Assembly: GCA_028717385.1 (NCBI GenBank)
Contig: JAQUNW010000005.1
Coordinates: 1-57,092 of the forward strand
DNA: 57,092 nucleotides
DNA from: Dehalococcoidales bacterium
Lineage (GTDB): Bacteria; Chloroflexota; Dehalococcoidia; Dehalococcoidales; CSSed11-197
Reading direction: 5' to 3'
The notes under the pieces were generated by a model. That model made no database searches and was not told the origin of the DNA. It saw only the letters and a list, made by a program, of their open reading frames with translations. Made by a program: the position numbers and the translations under genes. Positions within the stretch are counted from its first letter, which is position 1. Every line of letters begins with the position of its first letter. Positions 35,307 through 45,272 of this stretch are shown in pieces.

Positions 35307-37730
35307 TTAATCAAGCCCCAGAGGGTCAATATCCACTTTCCAGCGCGGGGGTATTTTTGTAGCTTCCAGAAGCACAGCCGGATCAGGACCTTTAATGATA
35401 ATGCTCCAGCGGTAACGCCCTCTCAGGCGATGATAAAAAGCAGGAACTGGCCCAATCAGAGTGAGTCCGGCTATTCCGATCCGGCCACAATTTTCAGACA
35501 ATTCCATCTTCAATCGTAGCGCCTCGCGCCTGCAAAAGTCATCGTTTGTATGCGAGAATATCAGTCTTGCCAGGCGGGAAAAAGGAGGCTGTTTCAAACT
35601 GCGGCGATAAGCTATTTCGGTATTAAAAAATCCTTCATAGTCATGGTTTGCAGCTGCTTGAATAGCGTAATGATCAGGAAAGTAGCTTTGGATAATAACC
35701 TTGCCTGTGGTGTCACCGCGGCCAGCACGGCCTGCCACCTGGCATAGCAGCGAAAAGGCATGTTCACCAGCGCGAAAATCCGGTAGATTAATACCAATAT
35801 CGGCGTTGATTACCCCCACTAAGCTAACTCCCGGAAAATCCATTCCTTTGGCAATCATTTGGGTACCAATGAGTATATCGGCTTTGCCATCAATAAATCT
35901 TTTTAGAAAAGTACCATGTGAGCCTTTATTTCGGGTTGTATCAGAGTCCCAGCGTAAAATCCGCGCCTTGGGGAACAGGGAGGTGATTTCGATTTCTACA
36001 CCCTGTGTACCCAGACCAAGGTACTTAATGCGTTTACTCAAACATTGGGGACAAATCCCTGGTATTGGTTGGCGCAAGTTGCAATGATGACATACCAATT
36101 TTTCTTCCTGTGGGTGGTAGCTCAAAGTAATTCGGCACCGCCGGCATACAGCTACATAACCGCAACTGCGGCACTGTACAAAAGTAGCTCCCCCTCTCCG
36201 GTTTAAAAAAAGGATAACCTGATCCTTTCGGTCTAGGGCAGTGCGGATTTCTGTTTGGAGAGCGCGGCTGAAGATAGACCGATTACCAGTTTTAAGTTCT
36301 TCTCTTAAATCCACTACCTCCACTTCAGGAAGTGATGAGGCTCGTCCCTGCGTAATTCTTTCAGATAATTTTAGTATCCGGTATTCACCAGTCGAAGCTT
36401 TATAGTATGTTTCGACGTCCGGGGTTGCGCTGCCAAGAACCAGGGTAGCATTGTTAATCCGGCACAACTCCTGAGCGGCTGTTCTTGTGTGGTAGCGAGG
36501 GGAAGTGTCCTGTTTATAGCTCCATTCATGCTCTTCGTCCATTACTACCAGTCCGAGGTCAGGCTGAGGGGCGAATAGGGCGCTTCTGGCGCCTATTACT
36601 ACGTTATATTTCCCTTCTTTGATTTCTCTCCACTGGTCGAATCTTTCGCCCAGGCTCAGGGTGGAATGCAAAACCGCGACCTGATTAGGAAACCGCGCGG
36701 TAAAACGGTTGATGATTTGAGGTGTAAGGCTTATTTCTGGCACCAGCACAATCGCCTTCTTGCCTAATCTAATAGCCTGGTCAAGTGCTTGTAGGTATAC
36801 TTCAGTTTTTCCACTCCCGGTAACTCCATGGAGGAGGAAATTATGCGAAGAGTTGCATTTCAGACTGCTGGTGATTTCATCAAGGGCGCGTTGCTGCATA
36901 TTATTCGGTTTTAATGGGGGCCCGGGAGGTTGAGTTGAAACCGGAATTGGTCTGCGGATGATCTCCCTTTTGTTAACGGCAACCAGGCCTTTGTCCTCAA
37001 GAGCTTTTCTGGAAGAAATAGAACTGCTGGTTGCCTGGCTGACCTCTCTCCAGGAAACTGATGTTTTCACTTTTTCAAGATAATACAATATCATTGCCTG
37101 TTTTGGAGAACGGGCAGCCAGTTTTGCGGCTTCCTTACCAGCAGTTTCGTGGTCTACAGCAAGCTCAATAAAAACTTCCATCTTAGGGCTGATTCTGGCT
37201 GGGCTAAGGTGAAAGTTGCGGAAAATCAAGTTGCGTCTGGCGAGGCTTGATACAGCTCTCTGCGCTCTTTGTTTACCTAGTATTTTTTCAGCATTCTTTA
37301 ATTCTAATAAACCGCAAGCAGTGATTTTTTCAAATAGTTCTCGTTCGTCGCTGCTGAGTGATTCGGAGCAAATAATGTCAACATCGGGATTAGCCACAAG
37401 AGTACAGAAATTTGAACGTCCAAATCCTGGGGGGAGCATTAATGCCAATGATTGAAAGAGGGGGCATCGGTAATAGGCTGATAACCATTTTCCTAATTGG
37501 AGTGAAGATAGTGGAAGTATGACTGGAGGGTCAACAATCCCCGCTATATCACGGGTTTGTTCATATTCTGGGGAATCGCCAGTGCTGATAACAATTCCCT
37601 GAAGTAACTGTCGTCCAAATGGTACCCATACTGCTTGCCCCGGTTGTACTTCCATTCCTTCCGGTATATGGTAACTAAAAGTAGGCTTAATACCGGAAGG
37701 TGAATTGACACTGACTTCGGCATACGGCAA
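35307..37730 (-). CDS. priA: primosomal protein N' (replication restart helicase PriA)
   Basis: 807 aa with Walker A GVTGSGKT, DEEH, and the Cys-rich Zn-binding insertion CRSCGY..CRRC..CHHC..CPQC. Confidence 0.95.
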   Translation of the reverse strand: MPYAEVSVNSPSGIKPTFSYHIPEGMEVQPGQAVWVPFGRQLLQGIVISTGDSPEYEQTRDIAGIVDPPVILPLSSLQLGKWLSAYYRCPLFQSLALMLPPGFGRSNFCTLVANPDVDIICSESLSSDERELFEKITACGLLELKNAEKILGKQRAQRAVSSLARRNLIFRNFHLSPARISPKMEVFIELAVDHETAGKEAAKLAARSPKQAMILYYLEKVKTSVSWREVSQATSSSISSRKALEDKGLVAVNKREIIRRPIPVSTQPPGPPLKPNNMQQRALDEITSSLKCNSSHNFLLHGVTGSGKTEVYLQALDQAIRLGKKAIVLVPEISLTPQIINRFTARFPNQVAVLHSTLSLGERFDQWREIKEGKYNVVIGARSALFAPQPDLGLVVMDEEHEWSYKQDTSPRYHTRTAAQELCRINNATLVLGSATPDVETYYKASTGEYRILKLSERITQGRASSLPEVEVVDLREELKTGNRSIFSRALQTEIRTALDRKDQVILFLNRRGGATFVQCRSCGYVAVCRRCRITLSYHPQEEKLVCHHCNLRQPIPGICPQCLSKRIKYLGLGTQGVEIEITSLFPKARILRWDSDTTRNKGSHGTFLKRFIDGKADILIGTQMIAKGMDFPGVSLVGVINADIGINLPDFRAGEHAFSLLCQVAGRAGRGDTTGKVIIQSYFPDHYAIQAAANHDYEGFFNTEIAYRRSLKQPPFSRLARLIFSHTNDDFCRREALRLKMELSENCGRIGIAGLTLIGPVPAFYHRLRGRYRWSIIIKGPDPAVLLEATKIPPRWKVDIDPLGLD

Positions 37731-37754
37731 AGGTAACCTCCCTTGCGTTGGCAG

Positions 37755-38117
37755 CTAGTCTTTGTTTTCGGTCTGAACCGGGCGCCGTTCTTTCAGACGG
37801 GCAGCCTTGGTGCTCAGTCCTCTCATATAGAATAGCCTGGCGCGGCGGACTTTACCGTGTCTTAATATCTCGACTTTTTCTACACGAGGGGAACGGAAGG
37901 GGAAAGTGCGTTCCACGCCAATTCCGTAGGCGACACGACGAACGGTGAAATTGCCGCCATCAAGCGCTTTTTTAACTTTAATTACAATACCCTGGAAAAT
38001 CTGGGTGCGCTCTTTTTCTCCCTCGACAATTTTAGCGTGGACTTTAACACTGTCGCCGGGTGTAAGTTCCGGAATATCCGGGTTAGCTTCAGTGGTAACA
38101 AGTTCTTTGAATTCCAT
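37755..38117 (-). CDS. rplS: 50S ribosomal protein L19
   Basis: Contains [27 protein letters not shown]...RRAKLFY-like RRARLFYMR. Confidence 0.95.
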   Translation of the reverse strand: MEFKELVTTEANPDIPELTPGDSVKVHAKIVEGEKERTQIFQGIVIKVKKALDGGNFTVRRVAYGIGVERTFPFRSPRVEKVEILRHGKVRRARLFYMRGLSTKAARLKERRPVQTENKD

Positions 38118-38257
38118 TGTTTTGACCTATCTCCTAATTCAGCTAATAAACCTAACTATTAAAGCATTATTAGGCTTATCTTGGCAAGTCCGAGGTGCGG
38201 GAGGCGGAGCACCTTACCTTATATATTATATATCAACTATTATTGTTATCCCCATTT

Positions 38258-38351
38258 ACTGTGTCTCCCTCGAGGAGGGCGTATGCCCTACGAAGAATCT
38301 TCCCCGTAATACCCCCCATTGTAACATGGTAGTGTTTCCGTATGAACGAGC
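38258..38351 (+). repeat. dispersed intergenic repeat, copy B
   Basis: ACTGTGTCTCCCTCGAGGA-[GGGC-GTAT-GCCC]-TACGAAGAATCTTCCCCGTAATACCCCCCATTGTAACATGGTAGTGTTTCC...ACGAGC. Confidence 0.85.
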
Positions 38352-38423
38352 GCAATTCGTGTGAGACCCTTCGCTACGCGCAAAGGGTGACAGAAGTGTG
38401 CCCCAGGAGGTCCGATGCCGTTG

Positions 38424-39182
38424 TTATATATCCGCCTTTTCGGAGTTATCTGACCTGAACCCGGAAAGCATTTTTTCTTCCTCAGGCGTAAGTGAAGCAG
38501 AATCTAAAAGATCCGGGCGGCGCTCAAGAGTACGTTTTAAAGCTTGTCTACGGCGCCATTTTTCGATTTCCCCGTGGTTGCCGGAAAGAAGTATATCCGG
38601 AACACAATGATTCCGGTATTCAGCTGGGCGGGTATATTGGGGGTATTCGAGCAAGCCCCGGCTGAAAGAATCATCCGCAGCAGATTGTTCATCGATGACC
38701 CCCGGAATCAGCCTGATAATAGTATCTACCATCACAATTGCAGCAGGTTCTCCGCCGCTTAGGACATAATCGCCAATGCTTATTTCGTCGGTTGCCAGGT
38801 GTTGGCATATCCTTTCATCAAACCCTTCATAATGACCACAAATCAAAATAAGGCTGTCGCAGGTGGATAATTCCCGGGCAATTTTTTGGTTAAAAATGCG
38901 ACCTTGTGGAGAAAGTAAAATTACCGGTTTTTTGGGGTTTTTTACATAAGGTTTGCCAACCAGATCTTCAACCGCTTCAAAAATCGGCTCCGGTTTTAGC
39001 ACCATTCCAGCCCCTCCACCGTAAGGATAATCATCAACTACCTGATGCCGGTCGCGGGCGTAGTTACGGAAATTGTTTACATAAATACTAACCAACTGCT
39101 TATCTACAGCTCGCTTTATGATGCTGTTCGCGAATGGTCCTTGGAACATTTCCGGAAATATTGTCAATATATCAATCCGCAT
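38424..39182 (-). CDS. trmD: tRNA (guanine37-N1)-methyltransferase TrmD
   Basis: Starts [13 protein letters not shown] and contains GGGAGMVLK and [11 protein letters not shown] chose the ATG at 39182 behind GGGGA; the ORF track start is 39236. Confidence 0.95.
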   Translation of the reverse strand: MRIDILTIFPEMFQGPFANSIIKRAVDKQLVSIYVNNFRNYARDRHQVVDDYPYGGGAGMVLKPEPIFEAVEDLVGKPYVKNPKKPVILLSPQGRIFNQKIARELSTCDSLILICGHYEGFDERICQHLATDEISIGDYVLSGGEPAAIVMVDTIIRLIPGVIDEQSAADDSFSRGLLEYPQYTRPAEYRNHCVPDILLSGNHGEIEKWRRRQALKRTLERRPDLLDSASLTPEEEKMLSGFRSDNSEKADI

Positions 39183-39279
39183 AATCATCCCCTGAAGTTG
39201 CTTGCCAGATGATTTTATCACAGGTTTACTATACATAACAAAAGAATCTGAAATTTCGGTAAATTTTTATAAAAAAATC

Positions 39280-39338
39280 TTGACAAGAGATATGTCTAGT
39301 AGTGTAGAATGGGATGTAGTGGGATGAAGTGGGAGAAA
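39280..39338 (+). promoter_or_regulatory. mraZ promoter with three phased GGGA(T/G) direct repeats (candidate MraZ operator)
   Basis: TTGACA at 39280..39285 and TAGAAT at 39305..39310, a 19-nt spacer that is longer than ideal. ATGGGAT, GTGGGAT and GTGGGAG start at 39309, 39319 and 39329, exactly 10 nt apart. Confidence 0.6.
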
Positions 39339-39358
39339 AGAGGCGTTAAGGGGTTCCA

Positions 39359-39787
39359 GTGTTTTTTGGAGAATTTGAATATCGGCTGGATGAAAAGGGT
39401 CGGTTTCCCATACCGCCCCGCTTTCGTCCGTTATTAAAAGATGGCCTTGTGTTCACCAGGGGTATTGAACACTGCATCACCGCATATCCTCTGGCAGAGT
39501 GGAAGAAACTTGCCCAGGAAGTTACCGGGGGCAGCGCTATCTCCCGCCAGAAACAAAGACGCCTCAATCGGGCTCTGTTTGCCGGTGCTTTTTTGGTACA
39601 GCTTGATGGGCAGGGGAGAATCACCCTTCCGCCAAAACTAAAAGAGCTTGCTGGCATTTCTGAAGAAGTGATTATTGCTGGTGCTAATAATTATCTTGAA
39701 TTATGGAATCCTCAAGAATGGCAGGAAGAACAAACCATTGCCCAAGAGCAAGCCTGGCAGATAATTGAGAGCATGGAAAATGAATAA
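39359..39787 (+). CDS. mraZ: division/cell wall cluster transcriptional regulator MraZ
   Basis: GTG start. Contains [23 protein letters not shown] and the second half-repeat [13 protein letters not shown]. Confidence 0.95.
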   Translation: MFFGEFEYRLDEKGRFPIPPRFRPLLKDGLVFTRGIEHCITAYPLAEWKKLAQEVTGGSAISRQKQRRLNRALFAGAFLVQLDGQGRITLPPKLKELAGISEEVIIAGANNYLELWNPQEWQEEQTIAQEQAWQIIESMENE

Positions 39788-40808
39788 TTCTGCATCTGGG
39801 TTGCATTTACCAGTGATGCTTGAAGAGGTTGTTCACGGATTGAAGGTGGAAACTGGAGGCAGGTACGTGGATTGTACCACAGGTGCTGCCGGACACGCGA
39901 TGGCGATTTTGAATGCTAGTTCGCCCGGTGGGCAATTGTTGGGTTTTGAGGCGGATCCCCAGGCTGTAACTATAGCCAGGGAGCGCCTTTCTGATTTTGG
40001 ATCATCAGCTTTAATTATTAACCGGAATTTTTCCAGCCTGGAAGAAGAGTGCCTGGAGCGGGAGTTTTTTCCGCTCAACGGAATACTTTTCGACCTGGGT
40101 CTTTCCTCAATGCAATTAGCTGAGACTGGTAGAGGATTCAGCTTTCAATACGATGCTCCGCTGGATATGCGTTTCAGCCCAGATCAGGACCTGAGTGTAG
40201 AAGAGATAGTTAATTCCTACAAGGAGGCAGAGATCGCTTCTATTATATATAAGTATGGTGAGGAGCCTGCCAGCCGGCGTATTGCAGCAGCCATTGTTAA
40301 TCATCGGCCTATACATACAACAATGCAACTTGCTGAGGTTGTTGCCAGGGCGGTCGGCGGTAAGAAAGGGCGTATTCACCCGGCCACCCGCACCTTCCAA
40401 GCTTTTAGAATTGCAGTTAACCGAGAATTGGAAAACTTGGAAACAGCTCTTCACCAAGCTTTAAATTTATTGGGTCATGAGGGGCGGCTGGTGGTTATCA
40501 GCTACCATTCTCTCGAAGATCGTATTGTAAAGAAATTCTTCAGAGAAGAGTCCCGCAATTGCATTTGTCTCCCTGGTGCGCCGGTTTGCACCTGTTCTCA
40601 CCGTGCGAGCATAAGGCAGGTCAATCGGAAAGTTATTACTCCATCAATGGAAGAAATTCGGCAAAACCCGAGGAGCCGCAGCGCCCGTATGCGAATTGCA
40701 GAACGGATCTTAGCCCGCCAGGAAGCAAGTCTGAATTCTGCAGGTCTGTTTTTTGTCAGCTTGACCGGCTGCCTGGCTGGAGTCGCTGGCTGTATGAGTC
40801 TCAACTAA
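39780..40808 (+). CDS. rsmH: 16S rRNA (cytosine1402-N4)-methyltransferase RsmH
   Basis: Contains [25 protein letters not shown] and [11 protein letters not shown]. The ATG at 39780 overlaps the mraZ end. There is an extra hydrophobic C-terminal tail. Confidence 0.95.
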   Translation: MNNSASGLHLPVMLEEVVHGLKVETGGRYVDCTTGAAGHAMAILNASSPGGQLLGFEADPQAVTIARERLSDFGSSALIINRNFSSLEEECLEREFFPLNGILFDLGLSSMQLAETGRGFSFQYDAPLDMRFSPDQDLSVEEIVNSYKEAEIASIIYKYGEEPASRRIAAAIVNHRPIHTTMQLAEVVARAVGGKKGRIHPATRTFQAFRIAVNRELENLETALHQALNLLGHEGRLVVISYHSLEDRIVKKFFREESRNCICLPGAPVCTCSHRASIRQVNRKVITPSMEEIRQNPRSRSARMRIAERILARQEASLNSAGLFFVSLTGCLAGVAGCMSLN

Positions 40809-40938
40809 CCGGCAAGCATAATTATTATTTGGAATTATATATAACGAATAGAACAGGAGGAAGGGGAGGTACGGAAGATGTGAGCAATTACGCAAAATAT
40901 TGATAGAAAGAAGTATGACAAAGAATAAGGAGGAACAA

Positions 40939-42162
40939 ATGGGGAAAAAGTCAATTATAACCTCGATTGACGTTGGTACGACCAAGATCTGTACAACAAT
41001 TGCAGAATACAACGATAATGGTGGTATCCGCGTCGTAGGCGTGGGGATGGCTCCGTCGCACGGGCTTCACAAAGGCCTTGTTGTAAACATTAATGAAGCG
41101 CGTGAAGCTATCCGGGATTCTGTCACGAAGGCAGAACAGGCTTGTGATTACCGGGTTGAATCGGCCTACGTAGGTGTCACTGGGCGCCACGTAAGTTCAA
41201 TGAACAACAAGGGAGTGGTGGCCATTACCCGCAATGACCGCCTGGTTCGTTCTGATGACCTGAAGAGGGTTCTCACTTCAGCTCAGAGTATCAAGGTTCC
41301 TAATGATCGACGCTTGCTGCATGTGATACCGCGCGGTTACAGCGTTGACGGTCAGACTGGAGTAAAAAATCCAGTAGGCATGCATGGCTTTCGCCTGGAT
41401 GTTGAAACCCATGTTATCACTGCCGCTGCGACCTCTATTCAAAATATGGTTAAGTGTATCCGTGGCGTAGGCCTGGATATTGATGATCTTGTACTGGAGC
41501 CGCTGGCATCCAGCGAAGCAGTGCTTACCGATGATGAAAAGCAGGTTGGTGTTATACTCGCCGATATTGGTGGGGGCACAACCGATATATGTATTTTCAA
41601 GGATGGAAGCATTTGGCACAGTTCAATTCTGCCGGTTGCTGGTTACCAACTGACCCGTGATATCGCCATTGGTTTGGGTCTGCCTTTTGATGTAGCCGAG
41701 GAAATGAAGAAACGCTATGGGAGCGTTATGCCGGTTTATGAAAGCCGGATGGAATCAGCCAATCCTATTTCGGCTGATGGGCATGGTGTTTCCTACCAGG
41801 ATCTGTGCGATATCATTCGTGCTCGTATGGAAGAAATTATGCGCCTGATTTTACTGGAACTTCCCAGCGCAGATTATGAATCCCTGGTACCGGCTGGTGT
41901 AGTTTTTACCGGTGGATCCAGTAACCTCTCCGGCATCGAATCACTTGGCCGTGATATTATGCGGCTTCCGGTTAGAGTCGGCGTACCTTCTCATGTGTAT
42001 GGAATAACCGATTCACTTCGTGATCCGGCATTTGCCACTAGTGTTGGCCTCTTGCTTTGGGGTGCAAAAAATTATGGACCGTCCGGGCCAAAAAAACGGG
42101 GCGGGTGGTTTGGTTCAACATTCCGTAAGCTGGCTTCTAGTCTGAGCCGGTTGTTTGGTTAA
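40939..42162 (+). CDS. ftsA: cell division protein FtsA
   Basis: AAGGAGG lies 5 nt upstream of the ATG at 40939. Contains SIDVGTTKI and DIGGGTTD, plus a C-terminal amphipathic helix. Confidence 0.95.
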   Translation: MGKKSIITSIDVGTTKICTTIAEYNDNGGIRVVGVGMAPSHGLHKGLVVNINEAREAIRDSVTKAEQACDYRVESAYVGVTGRHVSSMNNKGVVAITRNDRLVRSDDLKRVLTSAQSIKVPNDRRLLHVIPRGYSVDGQTGVKNPVGMHGFRLDVETHVITAAATSIQNMVKCIRGVGLDIDDLVLEPLASSEAVLTDDEKQVGVILADIGGGTTDICIFKDGSIWHSSILPVAGYQLTRDIAIGLGLPFDVAEEMKKRYGSVMPVYESRMESANPISADGHGVSYQDLCDIIRARMEEIMRLILLELPSADYESLVPAGVVFTGGSSNLSGIESLGRDIMRLPVRVGVPSHVYGITDSLRDPAFATSVGLLLWGAKNYGPSGPKKRGGWFGSTFRKLASSLSRLFG

Positions 42163-42201
42163 TAAAAATAATAATCCTGTGAAAATATAAGGAGGAAATA
42201 A

Positions 42202-43347
42202 ATGGCGAAAACAAGTTTTGTTCCCAACCCGGCCAAGATTAAAGTCATTGGTCTTGGTGGTGGTGGTTGTAATGCGGTTACCCGTATGGTACGGGAAGAA
42301 ATTCAGGGCGTAGAATTTATTGCGATGAATACTGATGCCCAGGCTTTGGCCATAACCGAGGCTCCTACCAGGATTCAACTTGGTGAGAAGATTACAAGGG
42401 GTCTGGGTGTAGGCGGAGATCATAATCTTGGTTCAAAAGCAGCTGAAGAAAGCCGTGATGAGATCAAAGAATTGATCGGCGGAGCTGATATGGTCTTTAT
42501 TACCGCTGGTATGGGCGGTGGAACTGGTACTGGTTCAGCTTCGGTTGTAGCCCAGATTGCCAAGGAAAGCGGTGCCTTGACAATAGCTGTGGTAACCAAG
42601 CCCTTTAGTTTTGAAGGTGCCCGTCGCAGTGAGGTTGCAAAAGATGGTATCAATCGTTTGCTTGGCAAAGTGGATACCCTGATCATTATTCCCAATGATC
42701 GTTTGCTCGATCTGTGTGATGCCAAAACGGGCATGGACTCAGCTTTCAAGATGGCAGACGATGTGCTACGCCATGGTGTACAGGCCATTTCCGAGGTGAT
42801 AACGGTTCCTGGTGTAATCAATCTTGACTTTGCTGATGTTAAAGCAATAATGAAAGACGCTGGCCCCGCATGGATGAGTATCGGGCATGGTAGCGGTAAA
42901 AACCGCGCTGTCGATGCTGCCAAAGAAGCCCTTGCCAGCCCACTGCTTGATGTATCAATTTCCGGTTCGAACGGTATCCTGTTTAACGTTGTTGGTTCTG
43001 ATGACCTTACTCTCTTTGAGGTTAATGAAGCAGCAGAGGTTATCAAACAGGCAGTTGATCCCAATGCAAATATTATTTTCGGCGTGGGTACCAATTCTTC
43101 CCTTGAACAGGAAGTACGCATTACTCTTATCGCCACCGGTTTTGTTTCCAAGACTGGATTTGATGAGACCAAAGATAGCCAAGACGAACTTGCCGGTCTG
43201 TTGAAAAATATCAAGACTGAAGATGAGCTTGATGTACCATCATTCCTCCGCAGGCCGTTATTCAGCCGCCAGAGGCAGGTATTTACACCTACCGATAAGA
43301 TTGTCAAGCCAGAGAGAAAAGCGCCCACCAATCTCAGATTTGAATAA
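42202..43347 (+). CDS. ftsZ: cell division protein FtsZ
   Basis: Contains [21 protein letters not shown] and NLDFADV, plus the C-terminal peptide DVPSFLRR. Confidence 0.97.
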   Translation: MAKTSFVPNPAKIKVIGLGGGGCNAVTRMVREEIQGVEFIAMNTDAQALAITEAPTRIQLGEKITRGLGVGGDHNLGSKAAEESRDEIKELIGGADMVFITAGMGGGTGTGSASVVAQIAKESGALTIAVVTKPFSFEGARRSEVAKDGINRLLGKVDTLIIIPNDRLLDLCDAKTGMDSAFKMADDVLRHGVQAISEVITVPGVINLDFADVKAIMKDAGPAWMSIGHGSGKNRAVDAAKEALASPLLDVSISGSNGILFNVVGSDDLTLFEVNEAAEVIKQAVDPNANIIFGVGTNSSLEQEVRITLIATGFVSKTGFDETKDSQDELAGLLKNIKTEDELDVPSFLRRPLFSRQRQVFTPTDKIVKPERKAPTNLRFE

Positions 43348-43370
43348 CTCCTGTTTACCCGAAACAACTA

Positions 43371-43408
43371 GGGGGGGGCGGAGCCTGAAGGTGCCGCCCC
43401 CCTTCTTT
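43371..43408 (+). terminator. intrinsic terminator after ftsZ
   Basis: GGGGGGCGG-loop-CCGCCCCCC is followed by TTCTTT. Confidence 0.7.
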
Positions 43409-43410
43409 AA

Positions 43411-43519
43411 CACGCCATATAACCAGGAAGACTATTCGGATAAGACCTGCATATGTAACAGCGGGCACTATTAAGGGGAAGATCCTTTAGCAGTAAACTG
43501 CCTCAAGGCAGACACAGTT
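43411..43519 (-). repeat. dispersed intergenic repeat, copy E (inverted orientation; unit 1 plus a degenerate unit 2)
   Basis: The minus strand reads AACTGTGTCTGCCTTGAG-[GCAG-TTTA-CTGC]-TAAAGGATCTTCCCCTTAATAGTGCCCGCTGTTACATATGCAGGTCTTATCCGAATAGTCTTCCTGG. Confidence 0.8.
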
Positions 43520-43697
43520 AATGGCCCGCACTTCTTCCGGATTATTGGGTGATATGATTCATTCATTAATTAATGAGCGCAGCGAACACTTTAATGGGGA
43601 TTGCGCTTACCAGTAATCAAATTACCCGGTGCCACTTGCTACATGAGCAGGGGTAATTAATTGCCTTGTGCTCGTAATACAGGCTACAATAGGATTT

Positions 43698-44393
43698 ATG
43701 AGCATGATTATTAAGCTTTTAGGTTTGCAGGAGCTTGAAATCGAAATAACAGGCTTGGAGAAAGCCTTAACAGATGCTCGGGGAAAATTGGGGGAAAGCC
43801 CGGCACTTCAAAAAGCAAAGGCAGATGCTGCTGCCGCTGAAACCAGCTACCGTCAGTTAAGCGACCGTCAAAAGGAACTTGAATGGCAGTCGGAAGATAT
43901 TGATACAAAGTTGAAAAACGTCAATGAGAAACTGTACAGCGGCAGGGTTTCTAATCCAAAAGAACTAACCAGTTTACAACTTGAAGCCGGATTGCTGAGC
44001 GAGAAGGCAGCTGGGTTAGATGAAAAAGCCCTTGATGTTATGGAAAAAATGGAAGCTGCTGATCAAGAATTTTCCCAGGCAGCGGCAAGACTAACACAAG
44101 CGGAAAGTGCATGGCATGTTGAACAGCAAGGGCTTAAGCAAGAAATAGACAATATGCAACAAAAAATTGCAATCCTTGAGGAAAAACGCGCAAAAAGCGC
44201 AGATGAAATATCCCCCGAAGCTCTCCAGTTATATCAACGGGTTAAAATGCAAAAAGGGGTGGCTGTTGCTAGAGTAGCCCATGGCACTTGTGAAGGTTGC
44301 CGTATTAGCCTATCAACAGCCCAGTTGCAACGTGCACGAAGCGGATCATTGGAAAGATGTGCTAATTGCGGGCGAATACTATATGGTGAATAA
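43698..44393 (+). CDS. COG1579-type coiled-coil protein with a C-terminal C4 zinc ribbon
   Basis: Long heptad-rich region ending in CEGCRISLS...CANCGRILY. The start is uncertain (43668, 43698 or 43704). Confidence 0.75.
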   Translation: MSMIIKLLGLQELEIEITGLEKALTDARGKLGESPALQKAKADAAAAETSYRQLSDRQKELEWQSEDIDTKLKNVNEKLYSGRVSNPKELTSLQLEAGLLSEKAAGLDEKALDVMEKMEAADQEFSQAAARLTQAESAWHVEQQGLKQEIDNMQQKIAILEEKRAKSADEISPEALQLYQRVKMQKGVAVARVAHGTCEGCRISLSTAQLQRARSGSLERCANCGRILYGE

Positions 44394-44397
44394 AGCT

Positions 44398-44805
44398 ATG
44401 CCTTATAAAAAAGTTGTTATTAATACCGATGGTGCCTCACGGGGAAATCCTGGGAAAGCCGCAATTGGTGCGGTGATAGCCGACGAACAAGGCGGTACCA
44501 TACATACAATTTCTCGATGTATAGGAATCACAACCAATAATCAGGCAGAATATAAAGCATTGATAGAAGGGCTGGAGGCTGCTTTGAAACTCGATGCTTC
44601 CGAAGTGGCTATTCGGATTGATTCAGAGTTAATAGTTAACCAGGTTAAAGGGCGATATCGGGTTAAAAATCCCGCACTCAAACCGCTCTATCAACGGGTT
44701 ACTGAGTTATTGGCTGGTTTTAATGGCTTTACGATTGAGCATATTAGCAGGACTTTTAACCAGGGGGCGGATCGTTTGGCTAATCTGGCTCTTGACGCGC
44801 ATTAA
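44398..44805 (+). CDS. ribonuclease H family protein (RNase HI-like)
   Basis: Contains INTDGASRGNPGKAAIGAVI, NNQAEYKALIEGL, DSELIVNQ and NQGADRLAN. The ATG at 44398 lies just after the upstream stop; the ORF track start is 44281. Confidence 0.85.
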   Translation: MPYKKVVINTDGASRGNPGKAAIGAVIADEQGGTIHTISRCIGITTNNQAEYKALIEGLEAALKLDASEVAIRIDSELIVNQVKGRYRVKNPALKPLYQRVTELLAGFNGFTIEHISRTFNQGADRLANLALDAH

Positions 44806-44857
44806 ACACTCTCTCTTTCAATTAAAATACTATCCTTCTCGTATGATATAATATGAG

Positions 44858-45230
44858 TTGCTGGAGTTAGGAAAACCGGATGGTCGCCATTTAGATAATG
44901 TAAATGGAGGAAAGTCCGGGCTCCGCCGGGCAAGGATGCTGGGTAACTCCCAGGAGGGGTAACCCTACGGAAAGCGCAACAGAAACATACCGCTCAATCC
45001 AGAATTGAGCAAGGGTGAAATGGTGAGGTAAGAGCTCACCAGCAGCCGGGAGACCGGCTGGCTGGGCAAGCCCCATCCGGAGCAAGGCCAAATAGGGGGA
45101 CCTGAGGGCGCCCGGCCCGTCCCCGGGTTGGCCGCATGACCTAGGTGGTAACACCTTGGCTAGATAGATGGCCGTCGGCCTCCTTGAGAGGTTACAGAAC
45201 CCGGCTTATAGGTTTACCTGGCTCCAGCAG
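44858..45230 (+). ncRNA. rnpB: RNase P RNA, bacterial type A
   Basis: P4 strands GAGGAAAGTCCGGGCTCC and ACAGAACCCGGCTTA. P1 pairs TGCTGGAG with CTCCAGCA. An extended -10 element TGATATAAT (44844..44852) lies just upstream. Confidence 0.95.
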
Positions 45231-45272
45231 TTAGAATCTTGAAACTTTCCCCGCTAAAAAGGAGTTTCTTTT

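Noticed and set aside
35109-35519. 136-aa ORF sharing a peptide (LPRN..CN..VFPY.RA) with ORF 37945..38364
   Set aside because: The shared peptide is just the translated dispersed repeat (copies A and B). Both ORFs overlap real minus-strand genes or intergenic repeats and lack RBSs.
42420-43367. 315-aa ORF antisense to ftsZ
   Set aside because: It is a shadow ORF of the strongly supported ftsZ gene. The translation is low-complexity and Ser/Leu/Arg-rich with no motifs.
44891-45154. 87-aa ORF on the minus strand
   Set aside because: It lies antisense inside the RNase P RNA gene. The high-GC structured RNA produces a spurious open frame.
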